From Heptranchias perlo (Eukaryota), in the NCBI RefSeq assembly GCF_035084215.1, contig NC_090353.1, positions 37,882,001 through 37,946,000 on the forward strand: 64,000 nt of DNA, written 5' to 3'. The notes below the pieces were generated by a model. It did no database searches. It had not been told where the DNA came from and saw only the letters and a list, made by a program, of their open reading frames with translations. Positions within the stretch are counted from its first letter, which is position 1; the number at the start of each line of letters is the position of its first letter. Both the position numbers and the translations under genes were made by a program. Below, one piece after another: positions 24,232 to 36,699 of this stretch.

Positions 24232-25951
24232 ATTCAGTACTTTGGTTACATGAAGGGGCTTAACCATTGAATTCGATCAACACAACTAAAGCCATGTGAT
24301 GGGCAGTAGTTTGGCAGCTTATTCAGGGACTCTGGAAATGCAGAAAGGCTTGTGGCTGAAACCGATCACTTGCTCAATGCATGAAATATACAACAGGAAA
24401 TCCTACTTGTCTTATTTGCATGTTTGTTTCATTTTGTAAGTGAACTTAACTCAGATATCAACTAATGCCAGGCTGCAGCTGGTGATTAACAATTGTCAGG
24501 TCAAACTCAGAAACAGTGCGCTTTCTGCAGACTAGAAATTAGATTAAAAATGAATTGAAAGCAATGTAGGTGTTGATCAGAGTGGGACGGGGGGGGGCGC
24601 CAATGAGTGATGACACAAATGGGGTAAAATGAGTCTTTAACGGGGGCAGGAAATGGGCCGTAGTGAAAGCTGTGCTCGTTTTACACGTGCCTGACATGGT
24701 CAAAAAAAGTGGTGGAAAAAGTTGAACTTTGCATGTTGAGGCTGTGGCGATTGATGAGGGGGGGCAGGGGGGGGCAGTGTGAGTGAACCACTCGCTGGAG
24801 CAGGTCAGGTACGTGTGTGTGTGAGGTCTATCGTCAGACTGGCACTATTCCACATTTACTGTGGGTGATTGTACTAAACTCCTGAGTGCACTTTTTAATG
24901 CAGCAGTTAATTCATTTTAAAGAGAGGAATGTTGCCTGATCCATGAAGGCATTTTACAGAAGTTACCCGCTTCTGAAAATCAGTCTATTTTCTGCATAGT
25001 GAAAGAATGAGAGATGTTAAAAGTGAATGAATATCACTCTGTTGTGTGACTCATGCCCAATTAACTTGTTTAGCTATTTGCCTCCAGGTTTGTGAGGCAT
25101 AAGCCTCTCGGTGTGGTTTGTGGATATGCCATCTTAGAGTGCTGTATGATCACTAGCGACCATGCCTGAAGGACCTGCTTCAGTGGGCAGGAGTCTCTTT
25201 TGTGGTTGGCTCATTGCTTTCAGAGGTGGTGAAGGGTTAGTTGGTGCCATAGAACAGCGACTGACATGACTGTGCTGCTGAACACATGGCTCTGCTGGAG
25301 GGCATCTCCCCACTGATCTGGTTGCAATCAACAGTTGCAGGGCACCAGGAATTTCCTCGGGACTTCTCCAGCTCTCTGCTGTAACTTTGGCACAAACTCT
25401 GCGTGCACATGTTAAACCGGGTTTCCGCAAACTTCTGCCAAGTTACAGCAGAAAGCGGGAGAAGTGCCCAGAAAGCTCCCGGTGTGGGCACTACGAGGAG
25501 TTAGAATCCCTGTAACATTCTGCGAGTAGGTTAAAGTTTGCTGTTATGCTTGATACTCCAAATAGCTTTTGTTTTCAGTATCTCAGCCCAATCTTGTTCA
25601 CTCCCTGTGCCCTGGAGCCTGCCCCTTGGATAGATTGGTTGCAAGGCCAGGAATTGACCAAAGAAGCATTTTCACCATATTTCAGCTATTGGTTCTATTG
25701 TGTGATCTCGATTTCAGAATGCAGAGGGGTGACGTTACTTGAGACCCTGATTTAGGATTTAACTACCAAACAAATTTATTAAACAGTGAAAGAATAAGGG
25801 GCCAAAATTCCAGGGTCACTGTTTCACTGCCAGAAGAGTGGCAGAGTGGGACTGTCAGATGCCAATCACGACCCAGAGTGTGGGGATGGGATCATTGGAG
25901 TGTTCAGGGCGGGGCCCGGGTGTTAGGCCCATTCCTGCCACTCTGACATTA

Positions 25952-26190
25952 GTAAACAATTTTACAACACCAAGTTATAGTCCAGCAATTTTATTTTAAA
26001 TTCACAAGCTTTCGGAGGCTTCCTCCTTCGTCAGGTGAACGATGTGAAAATCGTTCACATCGTTCACCTGACGAAGGAGGAAGCCTCCGAAAGCTTGTGA
26101 ATTTAAAATAAAATTGCTGGACTATAACTTGGTGTTGTAAAATTGTTTACAATTGTCAACCCCAGTCCATCACCGGCATCTCCACATCAT
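25952..26190 (+). mobile_element. Penelope-like element remnant with inverted pseudo-LTR and 13-bp TSD
   Basis: Perfect 97-bp arms 25952-26048 and 26054-26150 with a 5-nt spacer; direct repeat cactctgacatta at 25939-25951 and 26191-26203. Confidence 0.75.
26063..26101 (+). ncRNA. Minimal type I hammerhead ribozyme motif (mirror copy on - strand at 26001-26039)
   Basis: TTCAC-CTGACGA-A-GGAGG-aag-CCTCC-GAAA-GC-TT-GTGAA: CUGAnGA and GAAA core, 5-bp helices I and II, palindromic AGCT in place of helix III. Confidence 0.65.
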
Positions 26191-26912
26191 CACTCTGACA
26201 TTAAGTAAGGAAGCTAAAGTTATTGATAAGGGATAAGTCAATAAAATCCTCCTTATATGGAGTAGTATTTTAATTTTTATATAATGATGTAATGCAGAAT
26301 TGTGAGGATTGTCACATAGAAGAAGTGAGAGGGACGTATAAAGACCGGCTGTTTGTAATAAGTATTTGGATTGGTTAAAGGTCCAAGATACCGAGCTTAG
26401 AATTATGATAAGTTTCAATAACTAACCTACCATCACTAGGTGTAAGTATTACTGTTTAAGTGTGCATTAAGTACTAGTGGATGTACAGTATCCTTAATAA
26501 ATCGGTGACACCTGATTTTCAATGTATAAGAACCTTATTGATTTGAGGAGTAAATTATAAATAAGAGCCCTCCACTACCAATGGCTACATGGTGCTATCA
26601 ACGAGGCTTTCGGGAAGCCAGTCCCTTGGTACAAGTAACGGGACTCCCTCCACTGATCCCCTCCGGCCCGTGGGGAAAGTGACACCGCAGCAATTCAAGG
26701 CTGCAGTGAGCTGATTGACCCATTGACCTGCAGATTAGCTGATCGGGCAAATGTCACCAGTAATGGTTTGAAATAAGTCAGTGACATAGACATTCAGCAA
26801 AGGGTGACCTTAATCACAACAGCCAGCACTGACCCTTCGCTGGAGGTCGACTGAAGGTCAGGCACCAGTAAACAGCACAACTATGTCACTTCCTTTTAAT
26901 CGCTGCACCATT

Positions 26913-28523
26913 GAACATAAGGACATAAGAAATATGAGAAGGAGCAGGACATCCGGCCCCTCGAGCCTGCTCCGCCATTCAATAAGATCATGGCTGATCT
27001 TCTACCTCAACTCCATTTTCCTGCACTATCCCCACATCCCTTGATGCCTTTAATATCTAGAAATCTATCAATCTCTGTTTTGAATGTACTCAATGACTGA
27101 GCCTCCACAGCCCTCTGGGGTAGAGAATTCCAAAGATTCACCACCCTCTGAATGAAGAAATTTCTCCTCATCTCAGTCCTAAATGGCCGACCCCTTATTC
27201 TGAGACTGTGACCCCTGGGTCTAGACTCCCCAGCCAGGGGAAACAGCCTCCTTGCATCTACCCTGTCGAGCCCTGTAAGAATTTTGTATGTTTCAATGAG
27301 ATCACCTCTCATTCTTCTAAACAAGAGAATACAGGCCTAGTCTACTCAATCTCTCCTCATACGACAATCCCGCCATCCCAGGAATCAGTCTGGTGAACCT
27401 TCATTGCACTCCCTCTATGGCAAGTATATCCTTTGTTAGGTAAGGAGACCAAAATTGTACACAATACTCCAGGTGCGGTCTCACCAAGGCCCTATATAAT
27501 TGCAGTAAGACATCTTTACTCCTGTACTCAAATCCTCTTGTAATAAAAGCCAACATACCATTTGCCTCCCTAATTGCTTGCTGCACCTGCATGTTTGCTT
27601 TCAGTGACTCATGTACAAGGTCACCCAGGTCCCTTTGAACATCAACATTTCCCAATCTCTCACCATTTAAAAAATACTCTGCATTTCTGTTTTTCCCACC
27701 AAAGTGGATAACTTCACATTTTTCCACATTATATTCCATCTGCCATCTTCTTACCCACTCATTTAGCCTGTCTGTATCCTCTTGAAGCCTCTTTGCATCC
27801 TCCTCACAACTCAACATTCCCACCTAGTTTTGTGTCATCAGCAAACTTGGAAATATTACATTTGGTTCCCTCATCCAAGTCATTGATATAGATTGTGAAT
27901 AGCTGGGGCCCAAGCACTGATCCCTGCGATACCCCACTAGTCACAGTCTGCCAACCTGAAAAAGACCCGTTTATTCCTACTCTCTGTTTTCGGTCTGTTA
28001 ACCAATTCTCAATCCATGCCAGTGTATTACCCCATCCACCACCCTAAACATTCACTCCTTTCACCACCGGCGCACCATGGCTGCAGTGTGCACCATCCAC
28101 AGGATGCACTGCAGCAACTCGCCAAGGCTTCTTCGACAGCACCTCCCAAACCCACGACCTCTACCACCTAGAAGGACAAGAGCAGCAGGCACATGGGAAC
28201 AACACCACCTGCACGTTCCCCTCCAAGTCACACACCATCCCGACTTGGAAATATATCACCGTTCCTTCATCGTCGCTGGGTCAAAATCCTGGAACTCCCT
28301 TCCTAACAGCACTGTGGGAGAACCGTCACCACACGGACTGCAGCGGTTCAAGAAGGCGGCTCACCACCACCTTCTCAAGGGCAATTAGGGATGGGCAATA
28401 AATGCCGGCCCCGCCAGCGACGCCCACATCCCAAAGAACGAATATATTAAAAAAATTACCCCCAATTCCGTGTGTTCTAATTTTGTTCACCAACCTCCTG
28501 TGTGGGACCTTATCAAAAGCCTT
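26913..28523 (-). mobile_element. CR1 3' half, interrupted by a LINE family A tail (28033-28455, + strand)
   Basis: ORFs 27007-27324 and 27401-27823; CR1 resumes after the polyA with a short duplication (ttaccc). Confidence 0.88.
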
Positions 28524-28529
28524 TGATGG

Positions 28530-28772
28530 ACCTGCCTTCAGCTGCCTCGGGCCCTAAGCTCTGGAATTCCCTCCCTAAACCTCTCCCCCTCTCTCTCCTC
28601 CTTTAAGATGCTCCTTAAAACCCACCTCTGTGACCAAGCTTTTGGTCACCTGTCCTAATATCTCCTTATGCGGCTCGGTGTCAAATTTTGTTTGATAATC
28701 GCTCCTGTGAAGCACCTTGGGACGTTTTACTACGTTAAAGGCGCTATATAAATGCAAGTTGTTGCTGTTGTT
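28530..28772 (+). mobile_element. L2 3' end
   Basis: Matches 12930-13165. Confidence 0.8.
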
Positions 28773-29077
28773 GCAGCTGTCTCTCCCAAACACTACATCG
28801 AGAGATCAATCCGACATCTTCGATTACACTGTCAGAAAAACTCGGAATCCTGCAACCAGAACACCAGTAGAGTTGCCAACTCTGGTTGGAGGCATTCCTG
28901 GAGGTTTGATCACGTGACATTCTGACCACATGACATCTGATCAGGTGAAATCTGATCACATAACTTGTAAAATTTTATTGCATTTATCTGATAACGAGAT
29001 TGGGTCTCTGGCTGAGTATTCACTGCAGCAGCTGCTGAGCGACACGTAACAAGAATCAGAGGGCGTCCCACGAGTAA

Positions 29078-29602
29078 GGGAAGAGGGAAAACCGAGGGGG
29101 GAATGAGGGGAAACTGAGGGAGGGGGAAGAGGGGAAACCGAGGGAGAGGGAAACTGAGGGGGGAAGAGGGAAAACTGAGGGAGGGGAAGAGAGGAAACCG
29201 AGGGGGGAAAGAGGGGAAACCGAGGGAGCGGGAAGAGGGGAAACTGAAGGGGGAAGAGGGGAAACCGAGGGCAGGGGAAGAGGGGAAACCGAGGGAGGGG
29301 GAAGAGGGGAAACTGAAGGGGGAAAGAGGGGAAACCGAGGGTGGGGGAAGAGGGGAAGCTGAAGGGGGAAGAGGGGAAACCGAGGGCAGGGGAAGAGGGG
29401 AAACCGAGGGGGGGAAAGAGGGGAAACCGAGGGTGGGGGAAGAGGGGAAACTGAAGGGGGAAAGAGGGGAAACTGAGAGAGGGGGAAGAGGAGAAACCGA
29501 GGGGGGGTAATCTGAGGGTGGGGGAGAGGGAAACCGAGGGAGGGGGAAGAGGGGAAACTGAGGGAGGGTAATCTGAGGGTGGGGAAGAGGGGAAACCGAG
29601 GG
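29078..29602. repeat. G/A-rich minisatellite (gaggggaaaccgaggg...)
   Basis: Variable 20-24 bp purine-rich units. Confidence 0.85.
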
Positions 29603-29825
29603 CCTGACTCCCTCTCCCCGATTGCCGAGACTCCCGACTCTCCAGCCTCCTCCCGACTGCACTCTACGCAGTTACCACTTTGCCGGGACAGTGGGAAATT
29701 TAAATTGCTGATTTCCTGGGCTTGGGGGGAGGAATCTCTGATTCCAGGAAACTCCCGGTCATTCTGGGAGGTTTGGGAACTCTGAGCACCAGTCACCATA
29801 ATCCGATTTTTCCTGCGCCCACTCA

Positions 29826-30088
29826 GAATCATAGAATCATAGAAAGGTTACAGCACGGAAGGAGGCCATTCGACCCATCGAGTCCGTGCCGGCTCTATGC
29901 ACGAGCAATCCAGCTAGTCCCACCCCCCCGCCCTATCCCCGTAGTCCTGCAGATGTTTTCCTTTCAAGTACTTATCCAGTTCCCTTTTGAAGGCCATGAT
30001 TGAATCTGCCTCCACCACCCCCTCGGGCAGTGCATTCCAGATCCTAACCACTCGCTGGGTAAAAAAGTTTTCCCTCATGTCACCTTTG
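29826..30088 (-). mobile_element. CR1 3' end
   Basis: (agaatcat)n tail and CR1 3' sequence. Confidence 0.75.
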
Positions 30089-30735
30089 CCTTGCGGCCCA
30101 TTCTTTGGGCGACATTATATTGAACAGACTAACAGGGTTCTCTCTCACCACCCAGGGGCTCCACGGATAATGTACTGTCTGTACTGAGCTAAACAGACCA
30201 GGAAATTCTCAGCAATCTCCTGACCGTTAACTTTCATGATACGCTCAAGTCCCGGGTTGCATCGTAAACCCACAAACTGACTCAGAGAGGAGTGCTACCA
30301 ACTGAGACAAGTGATCACTTGGACTCCTTGCCTGTTGTAGTTTAGTTTGACAATATGCTGTAGCACTCGTTTTATTCTTTGTCGTGTGACTGTTGCTTTT
30401 CTGTTTGTAGCAAAAATAAACACAGTGTAAAGTATTTTTTAAAAAGTCAACGGGAAGAATCCCGAGTTTTGTGAGGTAATTTTCCCTCCTCTGCTAGTTC
30501 TGGTCAGCACCAGCGGATAACGCTGTGGTTTCCTGATGTTGCTGCGAGTTGTTTGATAAAGTGCAGGATCAACATCTGTACATGACGAGCTCCTCATCCA
30601 AATGCTCCGGGTTTCCTGCAGCTTCATTGTAACCTCCTAAAATAAAAAGGAGAAAGAGACTGATAAAAAAAACTCACATCAGTTAATCCAGAGCCAGGCT
30701 GTCGCCCAGAGGGCAAACGGTGCAGATCGGCAACT

Positions 30736-30817
30736 ATGGACCTGTCCCGGCTGACCTGTGCACCCACTCTCCCACTCCTGTTACTCTCATGTGCAATGCT
30801 CTGTTACTCCCAGGAAG
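30736..30817 (+). CDS. PAR4-like receptor copy 3, exon 1 (signal peptide)
   Basis: MDLSRLTCAPTLPLLLLSCAMLCYSQE+G; 82 nt; donor AAG|gtaagacttt shared with copy 2; 5' context tcggcaRctATGgac shared with copy 2. Confidence 0.85.
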
Positions 30818-31086
30818 GTAAGACTTTGTGCATCACCCTTTCTTCTCAAAGTGTGTCTAGTCTGGCTGGAGCTGCCTCTGCGTCTCAAAATATTTTGAGC
30901 ATGTGAATTATTTTTTTTGTACCTTCCAGCTGAGATTGGTTGGCAGAAATCCATAAAAGCTGCCTGTGAGCCAGACATTGGTCAGAATGGGAGAGCCTCA
31001 AAACATGCACCCACACATTCCTGCTGCACCTCAACAGTGCTCTACCTGAACAGCATCGAAACCACTGGAGTGCTTAATGATACATA

Positions 31087-31995
31087 ATAGAGGGAGCTTT
31101 ACTCTGTATCTAACCCTGTACCTGCCCTGGGAGTGTTTGATGGGACAGTGTGGAGGGAGCTTTACTCTGTATCTAACCCTGTACCTGCCCTGGGAGTGTT
31201 TGATGGGACAGTGTAGAGGGAGCTTTACTCTGTATCTAACCCTGTACCTGCCCTGGGAGTGTTTGATGGGACAGTGTAGAGGGAGCTTTACTCTGTATCT
31301 AACCCGTGCTGTACCTGCCCTGGGAGTGTTTGATGGGACAGTGTAGAGGGAGCTTTACTCTGTATCTAACCCGTGCTGTACCTGCCCTGGGAGAGTTTGA
31401 TGAGACAGTGTAGAGGGAGCTTTACTCTGTATCTAACCCTGTACCTGCCCTGGGAGTGTTTGATGGGACAGTGTAGAGGGAGCTTTACTCTGTATCTAAC
31501 CCGTGCTGTACCTGCCCTGGGAGTGTTTGATGGGACAATGTAGAGGGAGCTTTACTCTGTATCTAACCCTGTAACTGCCCTGGGAGTGTTTGATGGGACA
31601 GTGTAGAGGGAGCTTTACTCTGTATATAACCCGTGCTGTACCTGCCCTGGGAGCGTTTGATGGGACAGTGTAGAGGGAGCTTTACTCTGTATCTAACCCG
31701 TGCTGTACCTGCCCTGGGAGCGTTTGATGGGACAGTGTAGAGGGAGCTTTACTCTGTATCTAACCTGTGCTATACCTGCCCTGGGAGTGTTTGATGGGAC
31801 AATGTAGAGGGAGCTTTACTCTGTATCTAACCTGTGCTATACCTGCCCTGGGAGTGTTTGATGGGACAATGTCGAGGGAGCTTTCCTCTGTATCTAACCC
31901 GTGCTGTACCTGCCCTGGGAGTGTTTGGTGGGACAGTGTGGAGGGAGCTTTACTCTGTATCTAACCCATGCTGTACCTGCCCTGGGAGTGTTTGA
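31087..31995. repeat. 63/67-bp minisatellite, about 14 copies, in copy 3 intron
   Basis: Unit gggagctttactctgtatctaaccc(gtgc)tgtacctgccctgggagtgtttgatgggacagtgtaga. Confidence 0.95.
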
Positions 31996-32877
31996 TTCTG
32001 GCACTGGACAAATCTTCCATTCTCAGTTAAGATGAGATATTGCCCATCATTCGGGTATGTTTAGAATGTTTGACTGTATTGGGGTGTTTAGATATTGTAC
32101 ATTCCCAGTATTTGCTGGACAATCCGATGGTTTGGGGCAGTCGAGAGCTGAAAATCGCCCCCAGTGTCTTGCACTAATTCAATATCTTTTCCTTGCTTTT
32201 ATTCTCAGCCTCTCAGTATAAAAACCCAGAATCCCATTTCTATTTTTATGACCTTTTCCCCTTGATTCCCACCTTCGAAGTTCTGTTGAGTTTTACCAGG
32301 TGGGATACGCTTCTTTCACTGTTCTTTTCCCCAAAGTTTCCTACTTCACATCGCTCCGCAGTGAACTGTATCTGACCGATCCGCCCACTCCACTAAACCA
32401 GTCCTTGTTCTCCTGCAACCTCCTGCTTTCTTCCTCCCGGTTTGAAAGTCCACCCCAGTTTGGTATCATCAGTAACTTCAGTAGCAATCCTCCTGTGCCT
32501 GCGTCCTAATCATTTATGTGAATGGGAAACAAAGGAGCTAAAAGCACAGACACAATGGGCTGAATGGCCTCCTTCTGTGCTGTAAGATTCTATGATTCTG
32601 GATCCCTGGGACACACCACAACCCACAGTCTGCCATTCCAAAAACACCCATTTGGCCCCACATTTTATTTTCCATTCCCCTCACTTTTCCTGTATCCATG
32701 CAGCTGTCTCACTTTTCGAACTGTTGACAGACAATAAAATAACCTGATGGAAACAGTAAGTATAACAAAGATCTAAAGACAGGACTGGAGCAGAAAATAG
32801 GCACTGAAGGAATTTCAAAATATTAAAAACTATTATTGCACTGTGATTATTAACATCCAGTTTCCTCTTGTCTGTAG

Positions 32878-33944
32878 GAGGTTCAGGAAATGAAGCAAAT
32901 GGAAGAAGTCTATTCATCAATATTGTTACTTCAGCAAAGCACTCAAACATTTCTATGAATGTGTTAGATAAATCAGCCAAGCATCACCTGACCAGCACTG
33001 TCACCACAGTCATGACCCCTGCCTTTTACATCATCATCTTTGTCATTGGTCTCCCAGCCAATGGGCTGGCTCTTTTGGTTCTGGTCACCAAGGTCCAGAG
33101 AATGCCTTCCACCATCTTCCTGATGAACCTGGCGACTGCTGATCTTCTCCTGATCCTAGTGCTGCCGTTCAAAATCCACTATCACTTCCTGGGCAATGAC
33201 TGGCTCTTTGGTGAGGGTCTGTGTCGGACAATGACCGCCTTCTTCTACGGGAACATGTACTGCTCCATCCTGCTCCTCACCTTCATCAGCATCGACAGAT
33301 ACTTCGCTCTGGTCCATCCATTCTTCTCCAAACGCTTCAGGGACAATATGTTTGCCGTTGGTGCCTGTTCGGTGATTTGGGCGCTTGTTGTACTCTCCGT
33401 GTTACCGTTTCTCCTCCAGAGGCAGACGTACCCAATCCAGGATCTAAACATCACCACCTGCCATGATGCCTTGCCAGGAAACCTGCAGTCTGGTTATTTC
33501 TTCTATTACTTTGTGTGTTTGGTTGTGTTTGAGTTTCTCATTCCCTCTCTTGTTACTATATTCTGTTACGTGTCTATAATCAAAACATTGATGATTAATG
33601 AAGGTAAATATGCCAAAGCTGTAAGGACCATAATTCTAGTGCTGATAGTGTATGTGGTGTGTTTCACCCCCAGTAATATAATCCTCCTCATCCACCACTC
33701 TGAGTATCACCTCACACATTCCAGTGACCTGTATTTCTATTATATGATCTGCCTGGCACTCAGCACCTTCAATAACTGCATCGACCCTTTCATCTTCTCC
33801 TACATCTCCGAGGAGTTCAGGGACAAAGTGAGAAGCATAACATCTGCTAGTAAAGATAAGAAGAGTGAAGACTCCAGAAAAACAATCCTTCAAACAGACA
33901 GCTCATCAGCATCGAGAACAATCGCATCACTAAAATGTATTTAA
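32878..33944 (+). CDS. PAR4-like GPCR copy 3, exon 2; spliced 382 aa; predicted cleavage ANGR/SLFINI
   Basis: Acceptor cttgtctgtag; GGSGNEANGRSLFINIV...; full 7TM; TM7 reads DPFIFSY. Confidence 0.93.
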
Positions 33945-34024
33945 ATGGAATGGGAGTGAACAAAGACTCGATGGAAAGACACTAAAGGATTTGGATGAAG
34001 AGAGACCCAGGGTTGAAGTGAGAG

Positions 34025-34595
34025 TGTGAGTGGGGGAGATAACGCCATAGAAAGGCCAAGAGCATTCTGGGTTTTGTAAATAGAAACACAGAATACAAGA
34101 GTAAAGAACGAATGAGAAATTTGTGAAACAAATGATAAAACACTGGTGAGGCCACAGTTACAGAATGGGTGCAGTTTTGGCCGCCCCGTTATAGAAAGGA
34201 TAATGAAGCTGTAGAGAGCGTATGATGTAGATTCACCAGGGTGATGCCCCGCGGGGAGGGGAAACTATCGTTATGAGGAGAGACTTGAGATACTGGGACT
34301 GTTTCCATTGGAGCAGAGACGGTTATGAGGAGATTTAATGGAGGTTTTTAAAGTGATGAAGGATTTTGACAGGGTGAATAGGGAAAGACTATTTCCTGTG
34401 ATTGGAGAGTGAGTAAGGGAGTGAAGAGAGAGATTAGGAGACATTTCTTTACACAGGTTTGTTGGAGTCTGGAATGTTTTGTCACAGGGAGTGGCTGAGG
34501 CTCAGGTCATTGCATCTTTTTAAGGGAAAATTGAATAAATATTTGAAGCAGTAGATACAGGGCCATCGGGCAAGAGCAAGGCAGTGGGATTAGAT
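34025..34595 (+). mobile_element. Degenerate CR1 3' fragment
   Basis: Remnants of LVRP.L...QFW.P and RGDL.EVFK. Confidence 0.65.
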
Positions 34596-35039
34596 TCACT
34601 ATTTTCTCCTCAGTAACTGAAATTTCTATGTCCAAAATGCCCCCCAGGACGGGTGGGGAAGGGACAGAGGGGTTAGGTTAAAATTTCAAAAATCTGAAAC
34701 CTGACCCCAAGCCGCCATGAACGCAGTCACTTCTGGTTTAAGGGAGGCGGACTGCAGCGGTGGACGAGTGAGCTGCTACTGAGAGGCGGGTCAGTTATTT
34801 AATTATGTTAATGACGCTGCGTGTCTCAAGTTTGAACAGAACTTTTACACCGAGTGACTACGGGGAGGGATTCCCAGAGTTCAGGAAACCCGGCAGCTGA
34901 AGGGAGACGAGAACGGCCGTTCCAGCAGGTAGGTGAGGGGCAGGAGGAGCCACAGAGTTTCCCCCGGACCCTCAATTTAAGCTGCTGCGATCGGCCTCCC
35001 ACACCACCATTGGGGTCCTCCCCCCCAGTGATCCAAAGC

Positions 35040-36155
35040 TCCCCCGATCTCCCCCCAACCCGCAAACTCCCCCCCTCCTCCGCTCCCGCAATCTCCCCCC
35101 GCCCAACCCGCAATCTCCCCCCCCCACAACCTGCAATCTCCCCCCCCCCAACCCGCAATCTCCCCCCCCCCCAACCCGCAATCTCCCCCCCTCCTCCGCT
35201 CCCACAATCTCCCCCCTCCTCCGCTCCCGCAATCTCCCCCCCCCACAACCCGCAATCTCCCCCCCCCCAACCCGCAATCTCCCCCCCCCCCAACCCGCAA
35301 TCTCCCCCCCCCCAACCCGCAATCTCCCCCCCTCCTCTGCTCCCGCAATCTCCCCCCCCCCAACCCGCAATCTCCCCCCCCCAACCCGCAATCTCCCCCC
35401 CCCAACCCGCAATCTCCCCCCCCCCAACCCGCAATCTCCCCCCCCGCTCCCCCAATCTCCCCCCCCACCAACCCGCAATCTCCCCCCCCCCAACCCGCAA
35501 TCTCCCCCCCCCAACCCGCAATCTCCCCCCCCCAACCCGCAATCTCCCCCCCCCAACCCGCAATCTCCCCCCCCCAACCCGCAATCTCCCCCCCGCTCCC
35601 GCAATCTCCCCCCCCCCAACCCGCAATCTCCCCCCCCCCAACCCGCAATCTCCCCCCCCTCCTCTGCTCCCGCAATCTCCCCCCCCCCAACCCGCAATCT
35701 CCCCCCCTCCTCTGCTCCCGCAATCTCCCCCCCCTCCTCTGCTCCCGCAATCTCCCCCCCCCCAACCCGCAATCTCCCCCCCCCCAACCCGCAATCTCCC
35801 CCCCCCAACCCGCAATCTCCCCCCCCCCAACCCGCAATCTCCCCCCCCCAACCCGCAATCTCCCCCCCGCTCCCGCAATCTCCCCCCCCCCAACCCGCAA
35901 TCTCCCCCCCCTCCTCTGCTCCCGCAATCTCCCCCCCCCCAACCCGCAATCTCCCCCCCCCAACCCGCAATCTCCCCCCCCTCCTCTGCTCCCGCAATCT
36001 CCCCCCCCCCAACCCGCAATCTCCCCCCCCCCAACCCGCAATCTCCCCCCCCTCCTCTGCTCCCGCAATCTCCCCCCCCCAACCCGCAATCTCCCCCCTC
36101 CTCTGCTCCCATAATCTCCCCCCCTCCTCCGCTCCCGCAATCTCCACCCCCCCAA
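35040..36155. repeat. C-rich minisatellite (aacccgcaatctccccccccc)
   Basis: Units of about 21 bp with variable poly-C length. Confidence 0.9.
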
Positions 36156-36699
36156 CTCTGCTGCCGGCTGGGAAACAGTGAAAAAAAATTCAAATGAGGT
36201 CTTGCTGTTAAATTCGACAGGACATCCGGTTTCCTGTATTTCCACGTTCCCCGTATTTCCGGGTTTCCCGTATTTCCAGGTTTCCCGGCCGCTACGACAT
36301 CCCCACTCCTCCCTCCTCCTGCTCCTTCCCCCCGAACCCTCCCACTCCCTCCCCACACCCCCGCTCCCTCTCCGCACCCCTCATTTGCCCACAAGCACCC
36401 TCCTGCTCTCCCCCCGCACCCTGCCTGCTCCCCCTAACGCTCCCTCCCGCACCCTTCATACTCTTTCCCACGCTCCCCAAACCCACTCCTGCCTCCCCGC
36501 TCCACCCCCCTCCCGCTCCTCCCAACTCCTTCCCTGTTCCCACTGCTCCCACCCTCACTCTCCCTCACCCAGTGCTTTCAGGTCTGTGCTTTTGACAGAC
36601 ACCAATCCACCAGTGAGACAAACCTTCCCTTCCACCCGCAGTTGTGTTGAATCTTAGATTCACTTTCTACAGTGATGTCAGATCAAAGGCCACCCCAAA

